In this document: piece by piece, positions 52,561-64,000 of the stretch
How the letters are laid out: the number at the start of each line of letters is the position of its first letter
How positions within the stretch are numbered: the first letter of the stretch is position 1
Assembly: GCA_043228905.1 (NCBI GenBank)
Contig: JBHGNT010000010.1
Location: 16,306,001-16,370,000 of the forward strand
Reading direction: 5' to 3'
Length of the DNA: 64,000 bases
Source: Azolla caroliniana
Lineage: Eukaryota; Plantae; Polypodiophyta
Notes under the pieces: generated by a model
The model's input: only the letters and a program-made list of their open reading frames with translations
The model's database searches: none
What the model was told of the DNA's origin: nothing
Translations under genes and position numbers: made by a program

Positions 52561-55500
52561 GATTCTCAAGTCAGATAGGCTAATATTTTTCTTCGAAAGA
52601 TCTCTCCAGCATAGGTCAATCCAAAATGGAGGGTTATTTGAAGTGAAGGAATCACATGAGGTGGTGGGAGATAATTACCTTTATCTCTCGATGACAAGGA
52701 TGACAAGGTCATGGTCCATGAGGCCAAGACCTATGTGCGCAACAAATTGCTATTGCAATGTCCTTATTGGCAGCCCACTTGTGTAACTCTTGATTGGCTT
52801 GGAGCATGATCAGGAGTGTAGGGATAAAGAAAGGTGTGCTTTTTCTTTGTTGGTGAGCTTGGGTGGTTGTGTTATTGTCCTTCAACCACTTATTCCTATG
52901 TCTCTTGAGTTCTAGTAAGAACAAGCCCAAACATTGTTGGTCCTCTTATTCCATTACCTTTTGTAGTGGGCCAAAACCTTGGTGGTTAAAGAGGAATTAG
53001 TATCTGTCTTCTTTTAAGAAAACAAATAGTGGAAAACATGGTGTTCGTCAAATTCCACTCCTTGATGACAGAATTGGCAAATTCTTTCTTCCCACGGCGT
53101 GTGTGCATATTTGAATATTTTAATCTCTAACTGATGTAAAGAGTTTTGTAGCTGCTCCTATCATACATTGTAGCTATTCTTTTCCACTTTGGTCTTGGTT
53201 AGATGGTAATAGTGCAATTATGCTTATGCCATGTTACTTGAACCATTGTGTGATTCAACTTACCAAGCTATATTTGAACAAGGATAGTGCATTTATGCTT
53301 ATGCCATGTGACTTGAACCATTGCTGTGTTTCAACATACCAACTATGATTATCTTTTTGTTTTGTAAGTTGTTTTGATGACATGCCTATATTTGTATGTG
53401 GATAATGTATTTATGTGTAAGCCATGCGACTCAAACCATTGTTGTGTTTCAACGTACCAATAATGATTATCTTTGTATTCAGCAAGTTGTTTTGATGACA
53501 TACCTATATTTGAATATGGATAGTTCATTTATGCATGTGCCATGTGACTCGAATCATTGTTGTGTTTCAGCAAACCAGTGATGAATATCTCCAAATTCAG
53601 CAAGTTATTTTGATGACATAAGTGCCAACCTTTAGTTTTCTCGAGGGAGCTTCCAAAGCCGTTGGATATTGGTCATTGATCAGAATAATGCCTTGATGAT
53701 TAATGGAACTGCTCCCATCTTTGCTCAGATTATATCATGTAGCACGGATGTTTTTTTCCTTATGTGGCCACTATTGAGACTAAAGGTCTCTCTAAACTTT
53801 TCCATTATTTGCCTGTTCACATTTCTACTCCATAGAGAAGAGTTGGTGCGACAAGTGTATCAAATAGCCACAATTTATTTCGTGGCTCTTTGAACTGCAA
53901 ATGTGCACAATGTCTTTCAACAGCACCAAGGCCTGCATATCCATGAGAAAGTCGAGCACAAGCAACCTCCCATAAAGAGAATCGAGGCTATGTGAATTGT
54001 ACTCCTAGGTACTTGTAGAATTGTGTGTAGAACGCCTTTTCCTCTTCCAAGAAGAATTTTGGTTCCGATCTAGTTACCCATGCTTGAGTGGTGTTAAACA
54101 CCATTGTCTTAGTTTTATCTATAATTATTGACAAACCGTTGTATGCTCAAAATCCTTTTAAAGCATTTAGATGTCTTTGTAGATTGTCCGGAGTGCCTGA
54201 GATCAACATATAGTAATATTTGTTTGGCTATACCTGTTCTTGAAAAACTGAATCTCTGTATGTAATGTGCCACTCATCTATATAGAGATTGAAGAGTGGG
54301 TGATAATGGGCATCCTTGTTTTATTCCGAGTGTGCTAGCCATAGCCTCCAATGACCCATTTGGGAGATCACACCTTTCTTGACATGGATGCATACTGTGC
54401 ATAGATTCCCCATTGCATATCCAGCCAGTGCATGAGCTGACCATGTGATACAATATCAAAGGTTTTTTGGAAGCCCACAAAGCAGTAATAAATCCTCTTA
54501 TTATGGGGTCTGCCCTCTTTGACGCAGGCTTGGAGAATCAATTTGCGATTCAAAAATGTGAACCCCTTCAGAAAGCCTGCCTGCCTGTCCAGTGGAACAG
54601 CAGGCATTACTCTCTGCCCATACACTCAATCTGGACTCTAGGATTGAGCCATATGGTTTAGCCAAGTAATTGCCAATCATGATTGTCCTGTAATTGTTCG
54701 GTTCATGGGTTCGTGACTCTTGAAGATTGGCACAATTGTATATCCTGTTCAGCTAATAAGGAAACCTTCACACATTGCTCTATTACAGATGTGTGCTAGC
54801 AATGGGAGCAAGCTGCCACAGGCATAGGTAAAGTGTTCATCTACCAATTCATCATGATCTCGGGCCTTCCCAAATTTAACTGATCAATGGCGTTTTTTAC
54901 ATTTTGGCTTAAAAAAAGTGGATTCACATGGCCATGAACCATGTGGGTGGGGGAGCGGCGCTGCCTAGGGATATCATATAGTGCTGTTTCGTTGCATATT
55001 CATGCTACACCTGAAGTGAGATTTGAGACAGTTAAACAGTGCTCAAGCCGAACTGAACCAAGCTCAAACTGGTTAAGACAACTCAAGCCTGAACCGTGGA
55101 GTCACCAAAATGTTTAGCAACAGTTAAATGGCTCGGTTCAGGCTTGAGCCAAACCATTGCCGGTTCCTATTCCTTCTCATTAAACATCTTACTCTCTTAT
55201 CCCCGGGGGCGGGAACAAGCAATACACATGGGCTTCAAATTTAGCTATTCCTCCTCATGAGACACTCGAAGGTTGCTCTTGCTTGTTTGTGTGTACAAAT
55301 ACCCCGAGTTACTTCGCATTGCAAGCCTCTCCTTGTATCACGACATTCCTAATTATGTCAACTATTTTATATGACTTGGCCAGGTTTGAGTGCATTCCCA
55401 TTGTGTGAGGAATGCATTTGTGGCTGCTTTATGCAATGACTTTGACCATGCTTTGGTGTTGGGTTCCTGGAAGTGTGCATGGTAGATTTTTTGTTCTAGC

Positions 55501-58500
55501 ATGGCCAGTGCTACATATCAAGTCAATCCTTGGCAGCTTGGGTCCTAGATATGCATAGAAAACTACAACTTCAACTTGCCTCCTGATAGGGTGATAAACC
55601 AATGACGCTTTGGCTACATGACATGCAACATGTCTTCGGCTTCTTTGTAAGGCATGTAGTTGTTTTGTGACTTTTGTACAACATTATAATTAATCTGATT
55701 ACACATTAAAGAAAAAGGAGAGAGATTCTCAGTTTGTTTTGTTGAATCCTCCAAAGGCAGTTCTGATGGATTTTATGTACAGTCTATGTAAGCCCTGTTT
55801 GTGTCCAAGAAAGAAAGAAAAACATTCTGGATTCAGGTGTCAGAAATTTTGGACTCTACACTTTTGGGAGAGGGGCTTATACCGACCCTTCAGCATGCTC
55901 ATGATCATCTCCTGAAACCAAATGCTTGCGTGGTGCCTCACAAAGCTACCATCTATGCACAGGTATTGCAGTAATTTAACTAAATTTGAAGTGAACATGA
56001 TGATTGTGGCGATCCATTCTTGTTTATTGTTTTGAACATTTAGGGTTAAGTGGAAATATTGATATATATTTTTTGTTTCTGAGTTTTTCTGTGCCATTAT
56101 TGAAATAAGTAATTTAGTGAAACGTTTTCAAGCTTATGACCAGCTGGTTCAATGTGATTATCTTTGGAGACGACATGATCTTTATGGTGTGGAGAGGCAA
56201 CTTGCTGATGGGCTGGTTCTTCATCCTCCAAAATTTAAGGACAGGAGCTCTTTGAAGCCTATGCAATATCCAATGCATGTTGATCCTTTAATTGATAAGA
56301 TGAAATTGGTAAATGTAGTTTTTTATCACACATCACTATGTTCAATGTAAAGTTTTCTGCATCTTACCACATGATTATTTCTATTACAATCAGATGTCAA
56401 ATCCATTCAAGGTTTTCGAGTTTGATCTTTCAATGAGGCCAGATGGTTTTGGAGAAGTAGAAGTTCCTGTTAAGACTATAAAGATGGGCGTCGTGCATGC
56501 TATCATATCTTGGTAATTCTGACCTTATTATGAGCCTGATAAAACATTTAATACATTTGCTGACATCTTTATGGAAAATTTGCAGGTGGGTCTTAGAACT
56601 TGATGAGAAAGGACTGATATTATATTCAACTGCACCGAAATGGATACATAAAAATTGTAAGGGTTTTATAAATATACGTACAATCTTCTTCAAGTTTATT
56701 ATCTAGCCATAGACAAAAGGAAATGCCTGAGATGGGTGCATTGCAAATCGCACTTATGCCTAGAGGATATCATATATTATGATGAAAAGAAGGCTATTTG
56801 GAATGTAGAATGAAATCCTCGGGAGTTGCAGCTGTGTTAATGTTGATGGCCTTTTCTTTAATGGAGTTCTCCACCGTATGTTTCTTTGAATGTCTCCTTC
56901 TCCATCTAACATGTAGAGTTCATATAATATTTTCACTACACCTAATTTGAGTTCAGTATAGTAATGTATATGCTAAAAGGTTATCTTACATGGTTGTCAA
57001 AACATGGCCAGCTGTATGGTGTGTGGGAATGAATGGAGCTAGGCGAAGGCAATTTTTGTGGTCCTCCAATGCTCAGTTTGCTTTCTCACCGTCCCCATTG
57101 CCCAAAGATGTCAGCTTCTCACATCATTTTTCCTCCACCCTTTGTATCCTGAGTTTACAGTGGAGAATTTTGACTGTTGCCAGAAGTTTCTCCCATCACA
57201 CTCATTATCCATCTTAGTTCTACCATATGGTGGCAGGATTCCATCGTACTTTTTGAAGACTATTTTCTTCCGAGGGTCACCATAAAGTCGTGATACCAAG
57301 GGTCACTGATGTCAGAAAAAGACATAATTGGGTATCACACCAACATCAAGGAAGCATGCGAACTCATTGAGTATCAGAAAAAACCATTGTGGGTCTCTTT
57401 CATTCTATGATCATAACAATGGGATATAGGTGGGTGGAGATCAGTGATGGTCCTTGAACCAATGTTCCTTCATGACGTAGCACACAAGGCATGAATATTT
57501 TTCTTTCTTTTTCCCAAATCCTCAGGTCAGAAAGTTCCATGTAGTAAGGTCTTGTATTGTGAATGTTTTTTATGCATTCAAGTTTTAAATAGATGAATCT
57601 ATTATCTTATTTGGAGACCTAATATGACCTATGGCACTGAGTGTGCTCTGGTGGGAAGTTCCAGAGAAGGGGCAACTGCATCAGCAGAAAACAACTCTAA
57701 AGACACTTCTAAATGTTTAGACTGTATATCTGTGTTTCAGATGCATATGCATTAAATAAGGCATGTGAAACTTTTTTCTGCTCATGTAAACATATAAATG
57801 GCTTATCTCGTCAACTTCCTTGTGGGAATAATCATGATTAATCGAGATTTTTGCTGTGTTCATTTATGTTTCAGCTGGTAGATCTTGGCATGATCATTGG
57901 AAACAGTGTGTCTGGTTTGTCCCTGGCAGAGGTCTAGATGTAGCTGAAGAAACTGTCCTTACTATTTCTGCATCACATGATAGTATTAGCTTTGTTTATG
58001 ATGATATTTCTTATCCAAAAGCTTCGGGATACTCAACTTCCCTTGGAACAATTAATCATGATTCTTGGAAGTGGCCCATGAAACCAGAACGAATCGGTCT
58101 ACTTGGGTCTAGCAAATGGAGATCGACAATTATGCGGGCCATAAAGAAACTGGTAAGAGTGCAATAATATGCCATTACAAATTGTAATGGTGATCATGGC
58201 GAGTTCATTTTCTCTTCAAATTCTGCTATTTCTTCTAATAAAATTTCTTTCAGGTTCATGAGAACTCATCATATACGTGCCTCGTGGTAGATGACAGCTT
58301 GCCACTCATAATCTCAGTTGCCTTGGCATCTAGTTCAACAACAGTCGTCTCTCTTTTACCTGGTATGCAGTCTAGGGGTTCAAAGGTTCTAGAATACCTG
58401 CTTGAGGCAAATTCTTTGTCTTCAGATCGGGTGAAATTTGTGAGAAAGCAAGTAAAGGAATTAAGTCTGGAAGATATCAATATGAAGAAGGTATAACCCC

Positions 58501-58641
58501 TGGACGCATAATGCATTCGTTTATCTGGAAATTTTGTGACTATCTATTTGCTTAATTATACAAATAGGTGGATATTCTGATCGGGGAACCTTATTATCAA
58601 ATCTCTGAGGATATGCTTCCATGGAGGACTTTACGTTTCTG
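51080..58641 (+). CDS. PRMT7: Protein arginine N-methyltransferase 7, 3'-partial (continues beyond window)
   Basis: Exons 51080-51405, 51725-51959, 55837-55962, 56144-56308, 56394-56512, 56586-56656, 57875-58152, 58254-58490, 58568-58641. NPISGESEW, TSYLDMLND, motif I LDIGAGTGLLSMMA, double-E loop VSEILDSTLLGEG, DHWKQ loop, second-domain GEPYY..LPW..LRFW. Confidence 0.93.
52345..54900 (-). mobile_element. Long RTE-like LINE copy in PRMT7 intron 2
   Basis: (GAAA)n tail, LFLLELKRH, RT motifs GIKQGCPLSPTL and CFVGFQKTFDIV. Confidence 0.88.
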
Positions 58642-59749
58642 GTGATTGGTGTTATTTTGCAACATGTCTTTTAGTATAATAAAAATTTGTGATTTAAGGT
58701 TCTGCCACCCTATTGATGTCATAAGAGAGGAACGTAAAGAGTGGTAAGGTAGATGGATCAGTCATGAGTGTGTATGCTTCATTATTATGGAATTAGTATG
58801 CTTTCTTTTAACAGTCTATGTTCATTTGCTTAACTCTTAGGGCTTTTGTTGCTTCTTTAAATCACCTCTTGACTGTAAGGAAGAAAAACATTTCAACTTC
58901 AAATTAGTTGCAAGATGTATGTAGCTGGACATATTTCTAGCTTCATGCCGCATTATGCATCACCTCTTGTACCTGCAAGTAGTTCAGCCACTGCCCACAT
59001 ATGCACATGGTTTTGCAGAGGTCCTCATGCATGTTGCCCAAATGTCTCCTCTTCATATCATGATACACACATTCCTGCAATCTTTCATCAATATGTAGCC
59101 ATGACTTGGAACATCCAAGAGTGCTTGTCCAGTAGTAGCTCACTACAAGCGTAATCTTTGATGTGAGCGATGATGACCTGAACCGTCATGTAGTAACCTT
59201 CGACCACCTGCCTCCTCTGACACTTCTACTGCCATCCTGCCTCAAGATGTTTCTACCAGCCACTACCCCCTCAACATCTTGACTGCTCAGCCTCACCTTG
59301 CCACTGATGTTGCACTTCCATTCCCCAACTTTGAAACGGATCAAGACTAGAATACACCCCTTGAACTTGTGGCTTTGCTTCTGGCCTCCGCGCAGCCTGA
59401 CCTCTCCCACCCTCACCGCTGATCAGGCTCTCCAATTAATAGAGAGCATTGATGACGGAACGATATTCTTTGTTTTGTGTTTTTTGTGTTCGCTTGTGGC
59501 TATGCTGCTGTCCTATGGACGTGTCATGTTGTTGGCCGACAGGTTATAATAAAACACTAATGCAAATGTATGACCAATCACCTATGACGATGAAGGACCT
59601 GAAGGATTATATTGAGGTATCTTGTACTTACTACATAAAGGATATACAAGTATGTAGTTGACGTGGCTGACAAGGCTGTAACGAGGTACACGAATGGCAC
59701 CGTCAGTACGGTTGTCCCTCTCCAACTTTTCTATAAAAAAAGGGATGAA

Positions 59750-61227
59750 TAGAAAAAAAGAGAGATATATTAATGCCTTTGAAGAGTCCAGAATGACCTA
59801 TAAGACCAAACAAGAGATTGCATCTTGAGAACAGCAAAACAAAATAAATGTATCTAAGTAAAAAAGTAAATAGAAATAGAATAAAACGCATATAAGATTC
59901 TCAATCATATATTGTGATTTTGACTTCGAAAGATCTGTAACATATGTTGATTCAGAATGAAGAGGTCTCCGAAGCAAGGGAAGCACTGGTCATGGTGGGA
60001 GATAATAGCCTTTTTTTGTTGATGACAAGGGTGGTGAGATCGTGGTCCATGAGACTAATTGTTATGTGCATGAAAAATTGCTATTGCCCAATCTATGGAA
60101 ATCCTTTTGCAATGTCTTGATTGGGAGCCTGCGTGCGTAGCCCTGATTGTCTTGGGGGATAAAGAATGTTGTGATTGGTCTTTGTTAATGAGATTATGTG
60201 GTTGTATTGTTGTCCTTTGACATCTCTCTTAATCTCTTGCGTTCTAGAAAGAACAACCCAAGCATTGTTGATCCTCATATTCCATTACCTGGATTAGTGG
60301 GCCAAAGCCTTGGTTAAAGAGGCAATGGTATCTCCCTTTTATTTCATTAAAAACAATACAACAGCAAACACAATGTTCTTTATATTCCACTTGTTAATAA
60401 CACAATTGGCAGATTCTTTGTTCCAGAGGCGTATGTGTATATCTCTGCCTACCTCAACCTCTAACTGATGAGAAGAGGTCCGCAACTTGCCTATCATACT
60501 GTGCAACACATGCGGTAGCCGTATGTCCATATAAGAGGGTCTGATGATGAATCCACCCTGCGGTGCGTGCATAAAGTGTGCCTTATAGTTGCACATTTCC
60601 CTACCAAGAGATGTTGTGGGGCTGATTCATGTTCTTCCATTATCCAATTTGATAATAACAGTTTGGATCACTCTATTCTTTTCCACTTTGCTGAACTATG
60701 GATGGGGACAATCAAGGCTATGGTGGAATAGGGGAGTAGTGCACTCATGCTTATGCAATGTGACTCAAACCGTTGTTGTGTTTCAGCATACCAACAACGA
60801 GTATCTCCATGTTTTGCAAATTGTTGTGATGACATAAGTGCAGACCTTGATTACCTCCGTTTAGGGAGCTCCCAGAATCATTGGATATGGCTCACTGATC
60901 GGAATAATGCCTTATTGATTATTGGGTCTGCTCCTATCTCTCGCTGAGTTATATCATGGGGCATTGATGCTTTGCACTTTATCATGTGGGCAGGAATCAA
61001 GACTTGATTCCCAGATTTCTACTCCATAGACAAGAGTTTGTTTGGCAAGTGTATCAAATTGCCACAATTTAGTTTGTGACTCTTGGAATTGCATAGATGC
61101 ATTGTCTTCCAAGGGCACCGAGGGTTGCATATCCACTAGAAAGTCGAGTATAGGCTGCTTCCGGTAAGAATAACCGAGGCCCTGTGAATGTCACTCCTAA
61201 GATAATGTGTATGCACCTTTTCCTCTC
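59750..61227 (-). mobile_element. RTE-like LINE copy
   Basis: IGKLRTSSHQLEVEVGR, TLVYGVEIW; family 3' UTR. Confidence 0.85.
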
Positions 61228-61368
61228 CAAGGAGAAGCCCAATAAATGAAGTAAATATCTGGTGAACAAAAGACTGTTGTTACCTTAGCTTTGATATTTG
61301 CTATACAAAGAAGTGATCTGGATCCATTGTATCTTTTTAATGGAATCCATGCAGCATTAGCTCTCCAA
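61228..61368 (+). pseudogene. Degenerate copy of SMC3 exon 27 segment
   Basis: Ungapped match to 41092-41232, 119/141 identical by manual count, with two in-frame stops. Confidence 0.9.
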
Positions 61369-61502
61369 CATTAAAGGGCCAAACCATACATCTTAAACTG
61401 GCGTCTTGTATTTTTGAAAAAATTAAATAAATGTAAAAAAGTAAATAAAAAATTGACTAAAGGATCTCATTAACAATATATGTAAGATTCTCATCTCAGA
61501 AG

Positions 61503-62390
61503 CGTAAGAGGGAGAAAGAAAGAAAGATATATTAATAAAAGGCCAAAATGGCCTATAAGACCAAACAAGAGATCACATCTTAAGTGTTTTCTTGTCTTTG
61601 AAAACAAGAAATTAAAATAAACAAATGTTACTAAGTAAAAAAAGAAAAGTAAATAAGATAAAAAGAGACTAAAGAATCTTGTTATCGGTACAAGATTCTC
61701 ACGTCAGATATGTTATTAATTTTGTTTTTGAAAGATATCTAGCATAGATTGATAAATGGAGAGGTCTCTAAAGTGAAGGAAGTTCTTTCAATGGTGGGAG
61801 ATAATGGCATTTATCTATCAATGACAAGAGTGATGAGATCGTGGTCCATGAGGTTGGGGCCTACATGCACAAAAAATTGCTATTGCCTGATCTATTGTAT
61901 CCCCTTTGTTATGTCTTGGTCAAGAGCCCATTTGTGTAGCCCTTGATTGACTTGTAGCATGAATAGGAGTGATGGAGCTAAAGATTGTTGTGGCTGTTTT
62001 TTGTTGATGAGCTTGTTTGGTTGTACTGTTGTTCGTAAACAACTTTTCCCTCTATCTCAAGCACAGTTGGTCTTCATATTCCATTACTTTGCGTAGTGGG
62101 CCAAAGCCTTGTTTAAAAGAGGCAATGGTATCTCTCACTTATTTCACTAAAAACACTACATTGACAAACATAGCGTTCTTCAGATTCCACGCCCTTATGA
62201 CACAATTGGCAAATTCTGTCTTCTAGAGGTATGTGTGCATATCTACCTACCTCAATCTCTAACAGATATGAAAATGTCCACAACTGGCCTATCATACTGT
62301 GTAACGCATGTGGTAGATATATGTCCATATGAGAGGGCTTGATGATGAATCCATCTTGCAGGTGTGTGCATAAAGTGTGCCTTTTAGTTA
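61503..62390 (-). mobile_element. RTE-like LINE copy
   Basis: LEIEVGRYAHIPLEDRICQLCHKGVESEERYVCQC zinc-finger region; family 3' end. Confidence 0.85.
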
Positions 62391-62499
62391 GGCAAGATAG
62401 AAGTCACTTGGGATAGGTCATGAATGTTTTGTAAATCCTGTTGGTGGAGATGTGAATAATTTTGAGATACATATATAGATAGATTGTAGTTTCATCTTC

Positions 62500-63235
62500 G
62501 GAAGTCAAGTATGACCTATGAGACCAAAAATATTACATTTTCATGTAATACATGTGGAAGTGGTTAGCAACTCTTGATGTTCAAGAATTTTTACTAATGA
62601 ATATTGCAATCGAGAGTGCACATTGTGACTATTAGAGAAATTCATGCAATTATTGGGTTTGGTTGAAGATGTGTGGAAAGCACAGTTCAATGTGATTAAA
62701 GGTAGAGAGCATTGTATCAAAGTGTGATACTCAAACTGTCGCACTTGTTTCGAGTAAAGTGTGCATAGTTGACCACTCTCATCACTTGTGCTCCAAAGCC
62801 CTGTGTCATGATACATTGGCATTGCAAAAAGGTCTCATTTGTAGAGGAGTCTAGTGATGCATCATGAAGACGTGTTGTATCCCGTCTTCCAAACCAATTT
62901 TTGAATATCTTGCATCCGATTGGAATACAAAATTTTGCTTTTATGTGGCCTTTGGATTTTTTCACTTGTTTCCCATGCAAATTTGGGAAGTTGATGTAAG
63001 GGACTTTTTTGAACCTTAAGCATATATTCATCAATGCATAGACCAAATAGAGTTGGTGAGAATGAGTGTCCTTGCCCAACACTGATAGTGCTATTAAAAA
63101 TATCCTTCTCATAGATTCGGGAAATCGCAAGCATATATTCACTTGGCACCATAGTTCTTCCATTCGCCTCCAAAAATGCGCACGAGTTACCATATCAAAA
63201 GCTTTGTTCAAGACTTGAAGCAACAATATAGACCC
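62500..63235 (-). mobile_element. Fragments of a related non-LTR element
   Basis: KAFDMVTRAHFWRRMEEL and SPTLFGLCIDE RT remnants. Confidence 0.6.
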
Positions 63236-63237
63236 TC

Positions 63238-64000
63238 ATATCTCAACATCCTCAACAGAATCATTACCATCAGCATTTGTGTTCTCAACAACAGGACATT
63301 TTTCAGCCCCTTGAACCACATTCCACAACCCCTTTGCTACCAATACATGGCGCATCATATAAGCCCAAAGAGGGTAATTTGTTCCATCCAGTTTCTCCTC
63401 AACAGCAAGCATTTGAAATACATCGTTGTTCTCAACCATGGCTGTGGACTGAACACGTTTTGATGTAAAAAATGGACTGTTGAAGGGAATAATGTACCTC
63501 TTTGACTTGAAAGATGAACAAGTGAAGAGAAAAGGGAAGCAAATCTGATTTCTGAGGGTTATAGGAATGTCTTGGAAGACTGAAGGAGGCTTTTTCTAGG
63601 ATTTAATCGACTTGGAAGCAGAAAAAAAACACAACTGAAACTGCACAGAGAAAGAAAACACGCAGAAATTTGTTTTTTCAACAGCAGAAAAACGCCACCA
63701 CAGATGGCACAGACAGACTGCGTATGAGAGCCGTTGTGTTGCTGCTCAAATGTCACTTTGTAGCTCTGAAACCACTGTTGGGTTCTTGCTTTGAATCCCA
63801 AAAAGCTTCACCACTTTAGGGTTGTAAGAGTATTTTTAGACGGGGAAAAAACCTCTTAAAGAGGGGAAAACTGCCCTTGTAGTCCTAAGTGTGTTCACAC
63901 ATTACTGTCCTAAATGTGTTCACACACATCACTATCCTAAGTGTGTTCACACATTACTGTCCTAAATGTGTTCACACACATCACTATCCTAAGTGTGTTC
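63238..64000 (-). mobile_element. Ty1/copia 5' LTR, PBS and gag start (same family as 19412-24295)
   Basis: gag [26 protein letters not shown]; PBS TGGTTTCAGAGC; LTR from 63776 with 24/26-bp repeats. Confidence 0.88.

Noticed and set aside
59453-59705. Solo LTR with TGACGG/CCGTCA ends
   Set aside because: No target-site duplication and no second copy in the window.
63882-64000. CRISPR-like palindromic 24-26-bp repeats
   Set aside because: Units are contiguous with no unique spacers, lie within a copia LTR, and there are no cas genes.

Overview
Eukaryotic land-plant nuclear DNA, AT-rich, with TE-filled introns. The repeat families look fern/non-seed-plant-like, which is inference only. Four multi-exon genes lie on the + strand: the 3' part of a Sec14-nodulin (SFH-type) PITP, a complete 28-exon SMC3 (1205 aa; one AT-AC U12 intron, a probable GT-AG U12 intron, one GC-AG intron), a complete PPD2 (PsbP-domain protein 2), and the 5' part of PRMT7. 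Introns carry many copies of one RTE-like LINE with a (CTTT)n tail, Ty1/copia and Ty3/gypsy remnants, an L1 fragment and Mutator-like MITEs. Most notable observations: (1) a Tf1/sushi-type gypsy LTR with an antisense tRNA-like A/B-box module and a self-priming PBS, plus a fossil -1 frameshift signal; (2) LINE 3' tails that supply the branch point and pyrimidine tract of two SMC3 exons; (3) a 141-bp copy of SMC3 exon 27 fused to a LINE inside a PRMT7 intron; (4) a 7-kb retroelement mosaic that splits a LINE without a TSD. All coordinates and alignments were read by eye and no searches were run.
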